Counted from the stretch's first letter, positions 7,742-17,203 are shown. The stretch: 32,000 bases of DNA from Acaryochloris marina MBIC11017 (GCF_000018105.1 NC_009925.1:3270001-3302000), one strand, 5' to 3'. Numbers and translations: made by a program. Notes: a model not told the origin generated them from the letters alone.

Positions 7742-8149
7742 TTATTGCTGAAACCGCCGATATGCCAACGATCCAGCAACGAAAGCGCCTACAAACAGTA
7801 CCGGATTCCAAATCCCTAGTACGAGGGCTGTGAGGCTGGGACCGGGGCAGTAGCCTGTGATGCCCCAGCCAATTCCAAAGATGATGGCTCCGGTGATCAG
7901 TTTCCGGTCAATGTCTTTGCGGTTGGGCATGCTGAAGGTACTGACCAGCACGGGCTGCTTGCGACCCAAAACCCAGCGAAAACTTAAAAGCGTTACCCCC
8001 ACGGCTCCTCCAAGCACGAAAATGAGGGTTGGATCCCACTTTCCCGCAATATCTAGGAACCCGATCACCCGTTCTCGATCCACCATTTGGGACAGGCCGA
8101 GTCCTAGGCCAAATAGGATGCCGGAGAGTAAAGCGATCAGCTGTTGCAT
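7742..8149 (-). CDS. YeeE/YedE-type sulfur-transport membrane protein, small subunit (DUF6691-like)
   Basis: It has four predicted TM segments and the motif GIGWGITGYCPGPSL. A GAGGA sequence lies upstream of the ATG. It sits 10 nt downstream of its partner gene. Confidence 0.75.
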   Translation of the reverse strand: MQQLIALLSGILFGLGLGLSQMVDRERVIGFLDIAGKWDPTLIFVLGGAVGVTLLSFRWVLGRKQPVLVSTFSMPNRKDIDRKLITGAIIFGIGWGITGYCPGPSLTALVLGIWNPVLFVGAFVAGSLAYRRFQQ

Positions 8150-8159
8150 CCTATTTTCC

Positions 8160-8588
8160 TCACAATCCGCCTGGTAGAACGTGGTGGGTGAGAAAGACCG
8201 TTGCGATCGCGCTCGCCATAAAAGTCAGGACTGCAACCAGCGATCGCAGAGACAGGCGACCCAAACCACAGACGCCGTGCCCGCTGGTGCAACCATTTCC
8301 CATCCGCGTGCCAAATCCAACAAGGAAACCACCGCCCAGCATTGCCCACGGCGCGAAGGTAGAAATGGGGGTGGGCTGAGCCGCAAGAACGTACTCGTAG
8401 AGGGCGCTGCCCATTAGCATGCCAACGATAAATATCCACCGCCAGCTTTCCGCAGATTTGAAGCTAATTGCACCATTCACAATGCCGCTGATCCCGGCAA
8501 TACGGCCATTGAATAGCAGTAGCACTGTGGCACTGGTACCAATTAATATCCCCCCGAAGAGGGCCGTTAGTTCATTGAAGCCAATCAC
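8160..8588 (-). CDS. YeeE/YedE-type sulfur-transport membrane protein
   Basis: GTG start. The motif GFGTRMGNGCTSGHGVCGLGRLSLRS is the signature of the sulphur transport (YeeE/YedE) domain. Confidence 0.8.
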   Translation of the reverse strand: MIGFNELTALFGGILIGTSATVLLLFNGRIAGISGIVNGAISFKSAESWRWIFIVGMLMGSALYEYVLAAQPTPISTFAPWAMLGGGFLVGFGTRMGNGCTSGHGVCGLGRLSLRSLVAVLTFMASAIATVFLTHHVLPGGL

Positions 8589-8742
8589 TTAAAACCACTA
8601 GTCTGCAGGATTGGGGATGTTGCTTTTCACTTGTTTAATATACTTGAGTTTGGATTCAGTTGGGATTGTGCTGAGTAGATGAAAACCAGATGAAATGACA
8701 ATAGTCTCAGTAGAATCGGCTTCATGGTCAGGAGCTGAGACA

Positions 8743-9117
8743 ATGCGAATCCTGCTGGTAGAAAATGAAGGAGATTTGGGACAGGCAATTAAACAAGTGC
8801 TGGTCGGCGAAAAGTATGTGGTGGACTGGGTGACTGATGGGGCACAAGCGTGGCACTGTTTAGAAAGCCGGTGGACGGATTACACGGTTGCCATTTTTGA
8901 TTGGCTGCTGCCAGAACTCTCGGGTTTAGAGCTATGTCAGCGACTTAGAGACCGCCAAAATCCACTTCCCATTTTGATGTTGACTGCTTTGGGGCAACCT
9001 GAAAATCGCATTGCTGGCCTGGATGCTGGGGCCGACGATTATTTGATGAAGCCCTTCATCATGGAAGAACTGCTAGCAAGACTGCGAGCCTTACATTTCT
9101 TGATCTATCAAGGCTAA
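8743..9117 (+). CDS. receiver-only response regulator (OmpR-family receiver without DNA-binding domain; probable truncation)
   Basis: This is the inner ATG (MRILLVENE..) with GGAG 8 nt upstream. The receiver residues are intact (E/N acidic pocket, D in AIFDWLLP, T in MLTALG, K in MKPF). The ORF stops at ..LLARLRALHFLIYQG, exactly at the alpha5/linker where OmpR-type proteins continue into a winged helix. Confidence 0.7.
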   Translation: MRILLVENEGDLGQAIKQVLVGEKYVVDWVTDGAQAWHCLESRWTDYTVAIFDWLLPELSGLELCQRLRDRQNPLPILMLTALGQPENRIAGLDAGADDYLMKPFIMEELLARLRALHFLIYQG

Positions 9118-9257
9118 ACCCATATCTAGCGGTAGTTTGCAAGCTGTGGTTTTTCTGTCAATCGTCTGCAGCGATTTGCTCAAAGAGATTCGGGTGCTGA
9201 ACAAGTGCAATTGCTTAGCTGAGAAGTGCAGTTTTGTCTTTGCCTTGGTGTTGATTA

Positions 9258-9977
9258 TCAGTTTTTGAGTAAAGCGTTGACGGTTGAGCCATTGAAGGGC
9301 AAGGGTAAGACTTGGCCGTTGAGGGCAAAAAATGGCGTTCCCGTAATCCCGATGCTTTGGGCCAGATCTAGATCTGAATTGATGGCTTTAAGGGCGGCAT
9401 CACTGTTGCGATCGCGATCAAACTGCGCCAGATCCAACTTCAGTTGCTGGGCAATGTCCGTGTAGAGCTTGTCCCCTAATTCATCTTGTCGAGTAAAAAG
9501 TGCATCATGGTAGGACCAAAATTGTCCTTGTTGCTGAGCAGCCCAAGCTGCTTTTGCTGCAGACAGGGCTTGGTCATGGATGGACTGGAGGGGGAGATGT
9601 TTATAGGTAAAGGTGAATTGATTCGGATTTTGCTGCAAAAAGGCCTGCACATCGCTAGCGGCTTGGGCACAAAAGGGACATTGGAAATCAGAAAACTCCA
9701 CTAATAAGTTGGGGCTATTCTGAGCACCCGTGGTAGGTGAGCTTCCGACTAAAGCATTAGGCTTCAGCTTTTCGATCGCCGCTTGCTGGGCTTGTTGCTG
9801 GGCCTGTTTTTGGTTCTGTTGATAGGTTTGTACCGACTCAATAATGGCTTCAGGGTGATTTCGAATAATCTGTAAAACCTGTTCTTCCAGATTGTCAACG
9901 GCCAAGGCTGGCGTGCCCCAACCAAGCCATAGCCATAGACTCAGCAGTCCCATTGCAATGAATCGGAGTGATTGCAT
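9258..9977 (-). CDS. DsbA-family thiol:disulfide oxidoreductase (secreted)
   Basis: It has the CPFC active site in FSDFQCPFCAQAA. The inner ATG at 9977 (MQSLRFIAMGLLSLWLWLGWGTPALA is signal-like) is preceded by AAGGAAGGGGG. The longer track ORF to 10112 overlaps the gdhA upstream region. Confidence 0.8.
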   Translation of the reverse strand: MQSLRFIAMGLLSLWLWLGWGTPALAVDNLEEQVLQIIRNHPEAIIESVQTYQQNQKQAQQQAQQAAIEKLKPNALVGSSPTTGAQNSPNLLVEFSDFQCPFCAQAASDVQAFLQQNPNQFTFTYKHLPLQSIHDQALSAAKAAWAAQQQGQFWSYHDALFTRQDELGDKLYTDIAQQLKLDLAQFDRDRNSDAALKAINSDLDLAQSIGITGTPFFALNGQVLPLPFNGSTVNALLKN

Positions 9978-10157
9978 TGTTCCCCCTTCCTTGGGTTTTA
10001 GAGAATAATAGCGTGATTTGTTCTTTTTGCCGGTCCTTGGCTTTGCAGCGATTAATGGTTGCGTTTCGTTATGTTTGTTGAATCTCGACTGAGATCGCAC
10101 GCCCAAACCCAAAGTCGAGAGTACGCTAGAATCAGCCCTTCACAGCAGGATAGTCTC

Positions 10158-11456
10158 GTGGGTACGGATGATCAACTCTTTAGCGATGCCACTCACCGCC
10201 TAACCACTGCCTTAGAGCATGTGGATTTACCCGAAGATGTTTTGGAAACCTTGAAATATCCTAAGGCCCAACTCGGAGTCTCCATTCCGGTGCGTATGGA
10301 TAATGGCGAACTGAAAATCTTTCAAGGCTATCGTGTCCGCTATGACGACACTCGCGGTCCGGCTAAGGGTGGGGTTAGGTATCATCCCGGCGTCTCCATT
10401 GATGAAGTCCAGTCCTTGGCATTTTGGATGACCTTTAAATGTGCTGCCCTAAACTTGCCCTTTGGCGGTGGCAAAGGCGGGATTACGGTCGACCCTAAAT
10501 CCCTCTCCCGGATGGAGCTAGAGCGTTTAAGCCGAGGCTATATTGATGCCATTGCTGATTTTATTGGCCCGGATGTGGATATTCTGGCTCCCGATGTCTA
10601 TACCAACCCGATGATTATGGGCTGGATGATGGATCAGTACAGCATTATCAAACGCCAAATTTGCCGAGGAGTGGTCACGGGAAAACCCCTAGCAATTGGG
10701 GGCAGTGTAGGCAGAAACACAGCCACGGGGATGGGAGCTTTTTTCGTGATTGAAGCGATGGCACCAAAGTTGGAGCTGATTCCTGAGCAAACCACAGTGG
10801 CGGTGCAAGGGTTTGGTAATGCTGGAGCGGTTGTTGCCGAGCTGCTAAATAAAGTGGGCTATAAAGTCGTTGCCGTTAGCGATTCTCAGGGCGGTATTTA
10901 TGCCCCGCAAGGTTTGGATATTGCCAGTATCCGCAAGCATAAAGACGCCAGCCGCTCCATGAAGGCGGTCTATTGTGATGGCAGTGTCTGCAGCATTATT
11001 GAGCATGACACGATCACGAATGAAGAGCTGTTGGCCTTAGACGTGGATGTGTTGATTCCTGCTGCTTTGGAGAATCAAATCACGGCTGATAATGCCCAGC
11101 AGATCAAGGCGAAATATATTTTCGAGGTGGCTAATGGTCCTGTCACTTCAGCCGCAGATGCAATTTTAGTAGAGTCTGGCACGACGGTCTTCCCGGATAT
11201 TTTGGTAAATGCGGGGGGCGTCACGGTGAGCTATTTTGAATGGGTGCAAAATCGGAGTGGTCTCTACTGGACGAAGGCAGAGGTGCAGAAGCAGCTTCAG
11301 CAAAAGATGGTGGAGGAGACGGAGACAATTTGGCAAATTGCTCAAACTAAAACAATCTCTGTAAGGACTGCGGCCTATGTGCATGCCCTCAACCGAATTG
11401 GTGAAGCTGTAACGGCTAAAGGGACAAGGGACTACTATGCGAATCACCCATCATGA
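10158..11456 (+). CDS. gdhA: NADP-specific glutamate dehydrogenase
   Basis: The sequence is close throughout to my memory of Synechocystis slr0710: IPVRMDNGELKIFQGYRVRYDDTRGPAKGGVRYHP, FWMTFKCAALNLPFGGGKGG, VQGFGNAG, ILVNAGGVTVSYFEWVQN. The proposed start is GTG 10158 with AGGA 7 nt upstream. The track start at 10059 (TTG) would add 33 non-conserved residues. Confidence 0.9.
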   Translation: MGTDDQLFSDATHRLTTALEHVDLPEDVLETLKYPKAQLGVSIPVRMDNGELKIFQGYRVRYDDTRGPAKGGVRYHPGVSIDEVQSLAFWMTFKCAALNLPFGGGKGGITVDPKSLSRMELERLSRGYIDAIADFIGPDVDILAPDVYTNPMIMGWMMDQYSIIKRQICRGVVTGKPLAIGGSVGRNTATGMGAFFVIEAMAPKLELIPEQTTVAVQGFGNAGAVVAELLNKVGYKVVAVSDSQGGIYAPQGLDIASIRKHKDASRSMKAVYCDGSVCSIIEHDTITNEELLALDVDVLIPAALENQITADNAQQIKAKYIFEVANGPVTSAADAILVESGTTVFPDILVNAGGVTVSYFEWVQNRSGLYWTKAEVQKQLQQKMVEETETIWQIAQTKTISVRTAAYVHALNRIGEAVTAKGTRDYYANHPS

Positions 11457-11553
11457 TCTGAATTTGTGTCCTGTCGCTATTGCTTTAATTGGTACGGGAA
11501 TTTCCACTTTTTTGAGTCAAGGTCAGTGTCTACAGCAACAGAACGGCTAAAAA

Positions 11554-12111
11554 TTAATCTTCATCCCAGTAGAACCGATAAAATAACTCTTCATCTTTAA
11601 ATTGATGGCTATCAGAAACATGATGGATCCATTTGTCATCCATTAATCGTTGCCCTAATCCAATCGCCTCTTCTCGCGACAATTTAACATTGTGCATCAA
11701 CCAGCGAACTGCCTCAGACCCAATAAAGCAATATGGATACTCTTTTAGCCGATAAACCCGATTCTTGATCTTGATGCCACCGACAGTACGCATCTTGGCG
11801 ACTAATTTTTCCAGATTAATTAAGGTAATTCGGTCAATAGTTTTTTCAGGAGCAAGAGACGCTTGCTTATCCTCAACCCAGGCAGTGAATTCTGTTTCAT
11901 CCTCAACTAGTAAAACCGAGCTATTACCTTTAGATTCGAGAAAAGCCGTTCGACAATATTCTAAGGCTTCTTGTCGTTGATTTTTGGAGAAATTTGACTG
12001 ACGAACATATAGTCTATCTTGATAGCTAGCACCAGCTAACTTCTTTTGATTTCCATCAATATTATGATATAAGCTACAATGCTCGATTTCGGAACTTTCA
12101 AGTATTAGCAT
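11554..12111 (-). CDS. DEP-domain protein (unknown ~100-aa N-terminal region + C-terminal DEP domain)
   Basis: The C-terminus GIKIKNRVYRLKEYPYCFIGSEAVRWLMHNVKLSREEAIGLGQRLMDDKWIHHVSDSHQFKDEELFYRF follows the DEP consensus (..Y.nCF.GsE.V.WL......sR.EA...gq.L......hHV.d.H.F.D....YRF). The gene and its flanks are visibly AT-rich. Confidence 0.75.
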   Translation of the reverse strand: MLILESSEIEHCSLYHNIDGNQKKLAGASYQDRLYVRQSNFSKNQRQEALEYCRTAFLESKGNSSVLLVEDETEFTAWVEDKQASLAPEKTIDRITLINLEKLVAKMRTVGGIKIKNRVYRLKEYPYCFIGSEAVRWLMHNVKLSREEAIGLGQRLMDDKWIHHVSDSHQFKDEELFYRFYWDED

Positions 12112-12606
12112 TTGGTTTAATCACGTCCTAATAATATGAGTACGTCTCTGTAAATATTATTCCCAGAAGACCATACTGATATTACATAATTTAAGAACGA
12201 TATAAATTCTATAAATCAGTCTCAGAAAGGGTTAAGAAGAATTTCAGCATAATCTCATTTATGTTTTATTGCCATAGACTGAGTGACTCTTTATAGTCAG
12301 TAGTTCTATTTTTTTGAAGCTGTCATCATTGACGAATTGTCCCAGAACTTTATTGTTGTGGCCCTCTTATAATGCTCCGGTTTTACTGCCCATGTAGATA
12401 ACTATAATTTGACATGTTTTGTGGAGAACTCTTGACAATCATCAAATGGTCTCTTGATAGTCAAGTCATTGAATTGAACGAAAAATACACTTCGTATTTC
12501 TCAAGAATATGGAGATTATCCCTAAGCGTACGGAAGCAGCAGGAATATCTTGCACTGCCTTGAATATCATCTTATTGGAGCCTTCGGGGCAGGATTATTC
12601 AAAGTG

Positions 12607-13455
12607 TCAGATCACTTCCTTCTGGTCTAAACCGTAAATACTACAGTGGGAGAAAGTCAGGGCAAAGCCGTACCAGCGGAGAAAGTATTGTAAAGGTCGA
12701 GTGCCGTCAGCCCAGGTTGCGCTGGGGACACCATCTAGTGGATTGAGTGATACCTGTAGCGTTCGCCCGTTCCAGTCATCGGTCACCTGCGGTTCAATCT
12801 CAGCGTGGGGATAGAAACGAGCACTCCCATCGACCACAACTCCCAAGCCCATGGTCATTCTGGATAATCGTGGATCTTCGGGAGCCATGGTTTGGGTAAA
12901 CAGCTTCGGTAAATAGCCTGTTTGACCAAACGTCCACTGGCCAAAGCGCATCACTCGCCGGAAAATGGGACGCTGATGCGATCGCAAAATCCGTAACTCA
13001 GGTTCTTGCCGGCGGGCCGCCGCCACCGTAGTCATTTCCAGACTCCAAGTATCTAGCTGAGTCCCTGCTAAGGGACCATAGACTGCTTGCCCCGTAATGT
13101 GGTCCCAGTAGGTGCCCGTTTCATCATCCGTGAGAATGGCAACCCCGTTGTACAGTCCACCTACCTGAAAATGATAGGATTGCCCCTCCACGACAGGCGT
13201 CAGTCCCACACCGCTATGACAGACACCACAGAATGAAACGATATAAGGCTGTTCCGCCAACGTTCCTTGAGCCAGATGGTGATACGCCATCTCTTGCACT
13301 AACAAAGCCCGTCGTTGACCATGTCGTTCAAACACAATCAGCTCAGCAGAGTCCGGTAGCCGAGTGGAGGCAATAGATCTCCCTTCATCCATCACCTCAA
13401 AACGCTGAAATAGATCTGGCTGCTTCTGCAAGCGACTGGGGTCGAAGTGAGACAT
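12607..13455 (-). CDS. DUF3179-like protein
   Basis: The block SFCGVCHSGVGLTPVVEGQSYHFQVGGLYNGVAILTDDETGTYWDHITGQAVYGPLAGTQL resembles the DUF3179 core (C..C..g..f.......f...G....s.......T.S.W....G.a..G.l.G..L). Assignment is from memory. Confidence 0.55.
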   Translation of the reverse strand: MSHFDPSRLQKQPDLFQRFEVMDEGRSIASTRLPDSAELIVFERHGQRRALLVQEMAYHHLAQGTLAEQPYIVSFCGVCHSGVGLTPVVEGQSYHFQVGGLYNGVAILTDDETGTYWDHITGQAVYGPLAGTQLDTWSLEMTTVAAARRQEPELRILRSHQRPIFRRVMRFGQWTFGQTGYLPKLFTQTMAPEDPRLSRMTMGLGVVVDGSARFYPHAEIEPQVTDDWNGRTLQVSLNPLDGVPSATWADGTRPLQYFLRWYGFALTFSHCSIYGLDQKEVI

Positions 13456-13485
13456 GCTCTGACTCCTTAATGAAGAAAAGGGCGA

Positions 13486-13511
13486 TTTAATTAAACACTT
13501 GTTTAGTTAAA
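13486..13511. promoter_or_regulatory. 26-bp imperfect palindrome in the DUF3179/TetR divergent intergenic region (candidate TetR operator)
   Basis: TTTAATTAAACA ct TGTTTAGTTAAA: 11 of 12 arm positions are complementary. It lies between the divergent starts at 13455 (-) and 13579 (+). Confidence 0.4.
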
Positions 13512-13578
13512 CTATCGCTGCTGAATGGAGCTGTCAAGTTTTACCCTAGTGCTCATGACTGTGACGAAGGATATCTGC

Positions 13579-14238
13579 ATGGCGTCTCTTGATCCACAAC
13601 CAAACGCTACTCCAAAGGGGAAGCAGAAACGGGATGCAGCAGCGACAAAAGCTCGGATTTTAGCTGCGGCAACGGAAGAGTTTGCTAAGTATGGGTTAGC
13701 GGGGGCGCGCACAGCTGCGATCGCAACCCAAAGCCAAGTCACTAAAGCGATGCTGTGCTACTACTTCACCAACAAGGAAACCCTCTATCGGGCGGTGTTG
13801 CAGCGGCTAGTCAGTGATATAAATTCGGCCTTTAAACCGACTGATTGGGACCAACAGACGCCAGCGCAAGCCTTGGAAGCGATGATTCGGGCTTACCTGA
13901 CCTTTGAATCCCAAAACCGATGGCATGGCATGTTGTGGTTTCAGGAAGCAATTCAGAATCAAGGGCGGTATGGAGAAGAGACGGGGTGGCAGGCAGGTTT
14001 TCAATCGATCGTTAGTGTCTTAGAAACAGGGATGGCAACAGGCCAGTTCCGGCAGCTCGATCCGTTTTTGACGGCGATCAATATTTTGGGAGTCTGCTCG
14101 TTTTATTTTGATGCCCACGAAAACTTGAAATATCTGGATACCCAACAACAACTGTTGAGCCCCGAAATGGTGGGGCGACAGACGGAAGAAGTAGTGCGTT
14201 TGGTTCTCGCTGGAGTTTCCGCAGATCCCGAAATATAA
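13579..14238 (+). CDS. TetR/AcrR family transcriptional regulator
   Basis: The N-terminal HTH is ARILAAATEEFAKYGLAGARTAAIATQSQVTKAMLCYYFTNKETLY. The inner ATG at 13579 is preceded by GAAGGA. Confidence 0.85.
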   Translation: MASLDPQPNATPKGKQKRDAAATKARILAAATEEFAKYGLAGARTAAIATQSQVTKAMLCYYFTNKETLYRAVLQRLVSDINSAFKPTDWDQQTPAQALEAMIRAYLTFESQNRWHGMLWFQEAIQNQGRYGEETGWQAGFQSIVSVLETGMATGQFRQLDPFLTAINILGVCSFYFDAHENLKYLDTQQQLLSPEMVGRQTEEVVRLVLAGVSADPEI

Positions 14239-14275
14239 TGACTCTCTCACATGACTTGGGGACATTGGGAAGAGC

Positions 14276-14863
14276 TTACTGGGATAGCTTTGCGGTTACG
14301 GTGGCGAGCTTATTTGCGATCGCACGTACCGCATCAACCTGTTTCTCATCGACTAAATTACCCTGATCGTCAAAGGCTTGATAAGCCCCTGAAATTGCCT
14401 TCTGCTCAGGAATGACTAGGACCCCAATCCCTTCTAAAATGGCGCGCACATGCACTAGACCCCGCATTCCCCCTAAACCACCTGGGGACGCAGATAGCAG
14501 CGCAGCCACTTTACCCTTAAAACAACTCAATGCCATGGGTGCTTCCCCCGGTTCTGGGCGAGAGGCCCAGTCAATTGCATTTTTCAGCAATGGGGTAATA
14601 GAACCGTTGTATTCAGGACAGGCCAATAGTAATCCCTGGTGGCTTTTAAGGAGTGCCTTAAACTGAAGAACCGACTCCGGGAGGCCATCTTTGGCTTCCA
14701 AATCCTCATTAAATAAGGGCATGGGATAAGTCAGTAAGTCGATCAGGGTGACCTCAGCACCCGCATCGGCTGCACCGGCCGCCGCGATCTTGACGAGCTT
14801 TTTGTTGAAGGACTCAACACGGGCGCTACCGGCAAAGGCCAGGATTTTAATGGGGGATGACAT
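14276..14863 (-). CDS. NAD(P)H-dependent FMN reductase family oxidoreductase
   Basis: IKILAFAGSARVESFNKKL...CPEYNGSITPLLKNAIDWASR is typical of the flavodoxin-like FMN_red family. Confidence 0.8.
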   Translation of the reverse strand: MSSPIKILAFAGSARVESFNKKLVKIAAAGAADAGAEVTLIDLLTYPMPLFNEDLEAKDGLPESVLQFKALLKSHQGLLLACPEYNGSITPLLKNAIDWASRPEPGEAPMALSCFKGKVAALLSASPGGLGGMRGLVHVRAILEGIGVLVIPEQKAISGAYQAFDDQGNLVDEKQVDAVRAIANKLATVTAKLSQ

Positions 14864-15119
14864 GATTCTTCTTCCACCAACTAGAAATTTGCAAGAGTGC
14901 TACTACCCCATGTGCGTTTGATTAATCATAGGGAGGCGCTGTAACCTAACAGAATTTTAATCTACTTGTCTTGTTCTTCCTTGACAAAATTGTTGGAATT
15001 TTGCGCCAGGTATCCACCTTGAGATGGCTTCAGTGTGGTATTTGTAGCCGTCTTTCGTCGTTCGATGACTATCGTAAGCACTCCGAAAGGATCAAGATAA
15101 CAACCAACATCTTGAAAAC

Positions 15120-15962
15120 CTAAAACGACGAAAGAAATCCTAGAATGATCTGATTGAATTTCTGGGGATGCTCAATGGAACTCCAATGACCACATTCCTC
15201 GAAAATTTCCAATCGAGCATTGGGCATGATTTGAGCAGCATTCTGACCATGGCTGACAGGAACCATAGGATCTTGTTGCCCCCAAATGATGAGGGTTGGG
15301 GCTGTGATGGTCTGTAGTCTCTCAGTAATGGGCTGGGAGAACTGCCCCCAGATGCTGAAAATGGAGCGTCCTAAGTTGATCGTTGCCGCTGCGGCTCCTG
15401 GTAGGATAGCCATTTGATAGAACTCATCGACCATTTCTTCAGTAATGAGATTCGAGTTATAGACTGACTGCTTACACAACATTCTTAAACCTGATTTAGT
15501 GGGCGAGCTCAATAACTTACCTAGCCCCGGAATCGCTGTAATCCGAAGTAACAGATTAATTTCTGGACCTAAGCCAGCACTCCCAGCTAAAACGAGGCGG
15601 TCGATTAACGCTGGAAATTTTAGCGCAAACGTCAGCGCCACACCCCCTCCAGCAGACGTTCCAATTAAATCTGCTTTGGGGATATCCAATACCTTCATAA
15701 ACTCTCGGGTGAACTGAGCCATAAAATCATATGTGTAATCGGTATTTGGTCTTTCAGAGCGACCTGCACCGACCATATCAAAGGCATAAATGCGATGATG
15801 CTTGGCTAATTCAAAGATGTTGTATTTCCACAACTCAATATAACCGCCACCTCCATGCAGCAAAATGACAGCTCTACCTGAGTCGCCAATTTGCCAGTAT
15901 CTCGTATTGACAGACCCAACTTTGACATAGCGATCTTCTGGTAGGGGCTCAGTTGGTTTCAT
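15120..15962 (-). CDS. alpha/beta hydrolase (MhpC/BphD-like fold)
   Basis: It has the oxyanion HGGGG, the nucleophile elbow GTSAGG and a C-terminal catalytic His in ECGHWSSIEHP. The start is uncertain: ATG 15962 is used here, with an alternative ATG at 15995 and the track TTG at 16049. Confidence 0.8.
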   Translation of the reverse strand: MKPTEPLPEDRYVKVGSVNTRYWQIGDSGRAVILLHGGGGYIELWKYNIFELAKHHRIYAFDMVGAGRSERPNTDYTYDFMAQFTREFMKVLDIPKADLIGTSAGGGVALTFALKFPALIDRLVLAGSAGLGPEINLLLRITAIPGLGKLLSSPTKSGLRMLCKQSVYNSNLITEEMVDEFYQMAILPGAAAATINLGRSIFSIWGQFSQPITERLQTITAPTLIIWGQQDPMVPVSHGQNAAQIMPNARLEIFEECGHWSSIEHPQKFNQIILGFLSSF

Positions 15963-16323
15963 CTCAGCTGATTCATTACTGGGTAGCGACCACATCACTT
16001 CTATCACGTTTAACCATTGCCGAAAGTCTGCTGCATCTGAAAACGCCAATCAACAAACTTTTAGTAGTTCTTCAAGTACGATTCCAGCAATCTAATGTCC
16101 CAAATCAGCAGCGGCAGATGATCTTGAAGTTTCGTCTACTGCGTTTAAATGAATGATGCGATCATCTATCGAACAACCCATAAAGAAAATAGTTTTCATT
16201 ACTATGAACCTGATCCAAACATCCTAAGCTTTGCAAGGATGCTTGCAATTGAACGAGGTCATGGAAAATTTTGATCACACGGTATGTCCGACCATCATTA
16301 ATAAGCAATCTTAAAGCAAGCAT

Positions 16324-17037
16324 ATGGAATATTTTCAAAAAGCTAATGAGCTTTATGATTTAGGGCAGTTTGAAGAGGCAGTAATGACTTATGATCAAGC
16401 TCTTCAAGTTAATCATAAGGATGATGCAGTTTGGTTTAGACGAGGTATCTCTCTAGGTAACTTGGGTCGTTATGAGGAAGCAATTGATAGCTTGGATCAT
16501 GCTCTAGAGATTCAACCAAGTTGGTATGAAGCTTGGTATAGTCGAGCGCTTTATTTACACTGCTTAGGCAATAATCGTGAGGCGATTACTAGCCTTCATA
16601 GTGCATTAAAGATTCAGCCAAACTATCTTTTAGCTTGGGACATGCGTGGACTGATTCTAATAGAATCAGGTCGTTTTGAAGAAGCTCTTGCTAGCTTCGA
16701 TCATGCTTTAGATATTGAACCAGATGATGTTCAAATTTGGATAAATAAGGCAGGTACCCAATTACTATTAGGGCGTAAGAAAGAAGCAACTCACAGCCTC
16801 AAGCAGGCTCTAGAAGTTACCCCAGAAAATTATCCAGATTGGAAAATGCTTGGAGACATGCTACTCGATCTAGGCCAATATGAAGAAGCAATTACGAGCT
16901 TTGAGCATGCTCTAGATATAAAGCCAAAAGATTTTGAAATCTGGTTCCTCCGGGGAATTGCTTTACGGAAGTTAGGTCGTTATGTAAGAGCAATTATAAG
17001 TTGCAGTAGGGCGCTCTTCCTGAAAGTAAAAACCTAG
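16324..17037 (+). CDS. TPR repeat protein (about 6-7 TPR units), AT-rich gene
   Basis: It contains repeated 34-aa units of the type G.YEEAI.SFDHAL.I.P.....W..rG. No signal peptide is present. Confidence 0.85.
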   Translation: MEYFQKANELYDLGQFEEAVMTYDQALQVNHKDDAVWFRRGISLGNLGRYEEAIDSLDHALEIQPSWYEAWYSRALYLHCLGNNREAITSLHSALKIQPNYLLAWDMRGLILIESGRFEEALASFDHALDIEPDDVQIWINKAGTQLLLGRKKEATHSLKQALEVTPENYPDWKMLGDMLLDLGQYEEAITSFEHALDIKPKDFEIWFLRGIALRKLGRYVRAIISCSRALFLKVKT

Positions 17038-17203
17038 AAAAACCAAATAGAGTAATGCTTCCAGGCTCCCAGATACTTGAGCCCCTAGAGCAAGATACGG
17101 AGTCGATGGCTAACAAGATTCGCGCAAGACCTTCGGTGTTATCCCCACAGACCGCCGAAAGTGCTTTATCAAATGACTCTGATCCGCAAAACCGCCTTTC
17201 ACC

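Noticed and set aside
7561-8439. Overlapping ORFs (7561..7779-, 7624..7833+, 7857..8177+, 8029..8379+, 8137..8439-, 8181..8417+) around the YeeE/YedE genes
   Set aside because: They are shadow frames of GC-rich membrane-protein genes. Only the two frames with YeeE/YedE signatures are credible.
9978-10157. Long N-terminal extensions making the dsbA-like ORF (to 10112) and gdhA ORF (from 10059) overlap head to head
   Set aside because: Both extensions use the longest possible alternative start. Inner starts with Shine-Dalgarno-like sequences (ATG 9977, GTG 10158) give a signal peptide and a canonical GDH N-terminus, and leave a normal divergent promoter region.
15051-15135. Perfect 12-bp inverted repeat TCTTTCGTCGTT / AACGACGAAAGA spanning the 3' end of the hydrolase gene (61-nt spacer)
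   Set aside because: There is no U-tract for a terminator. By rough estimate, a 12-bp match within 100 nt somewhere in 32 kb is not very improbable. No second copy suggests a mobile element.
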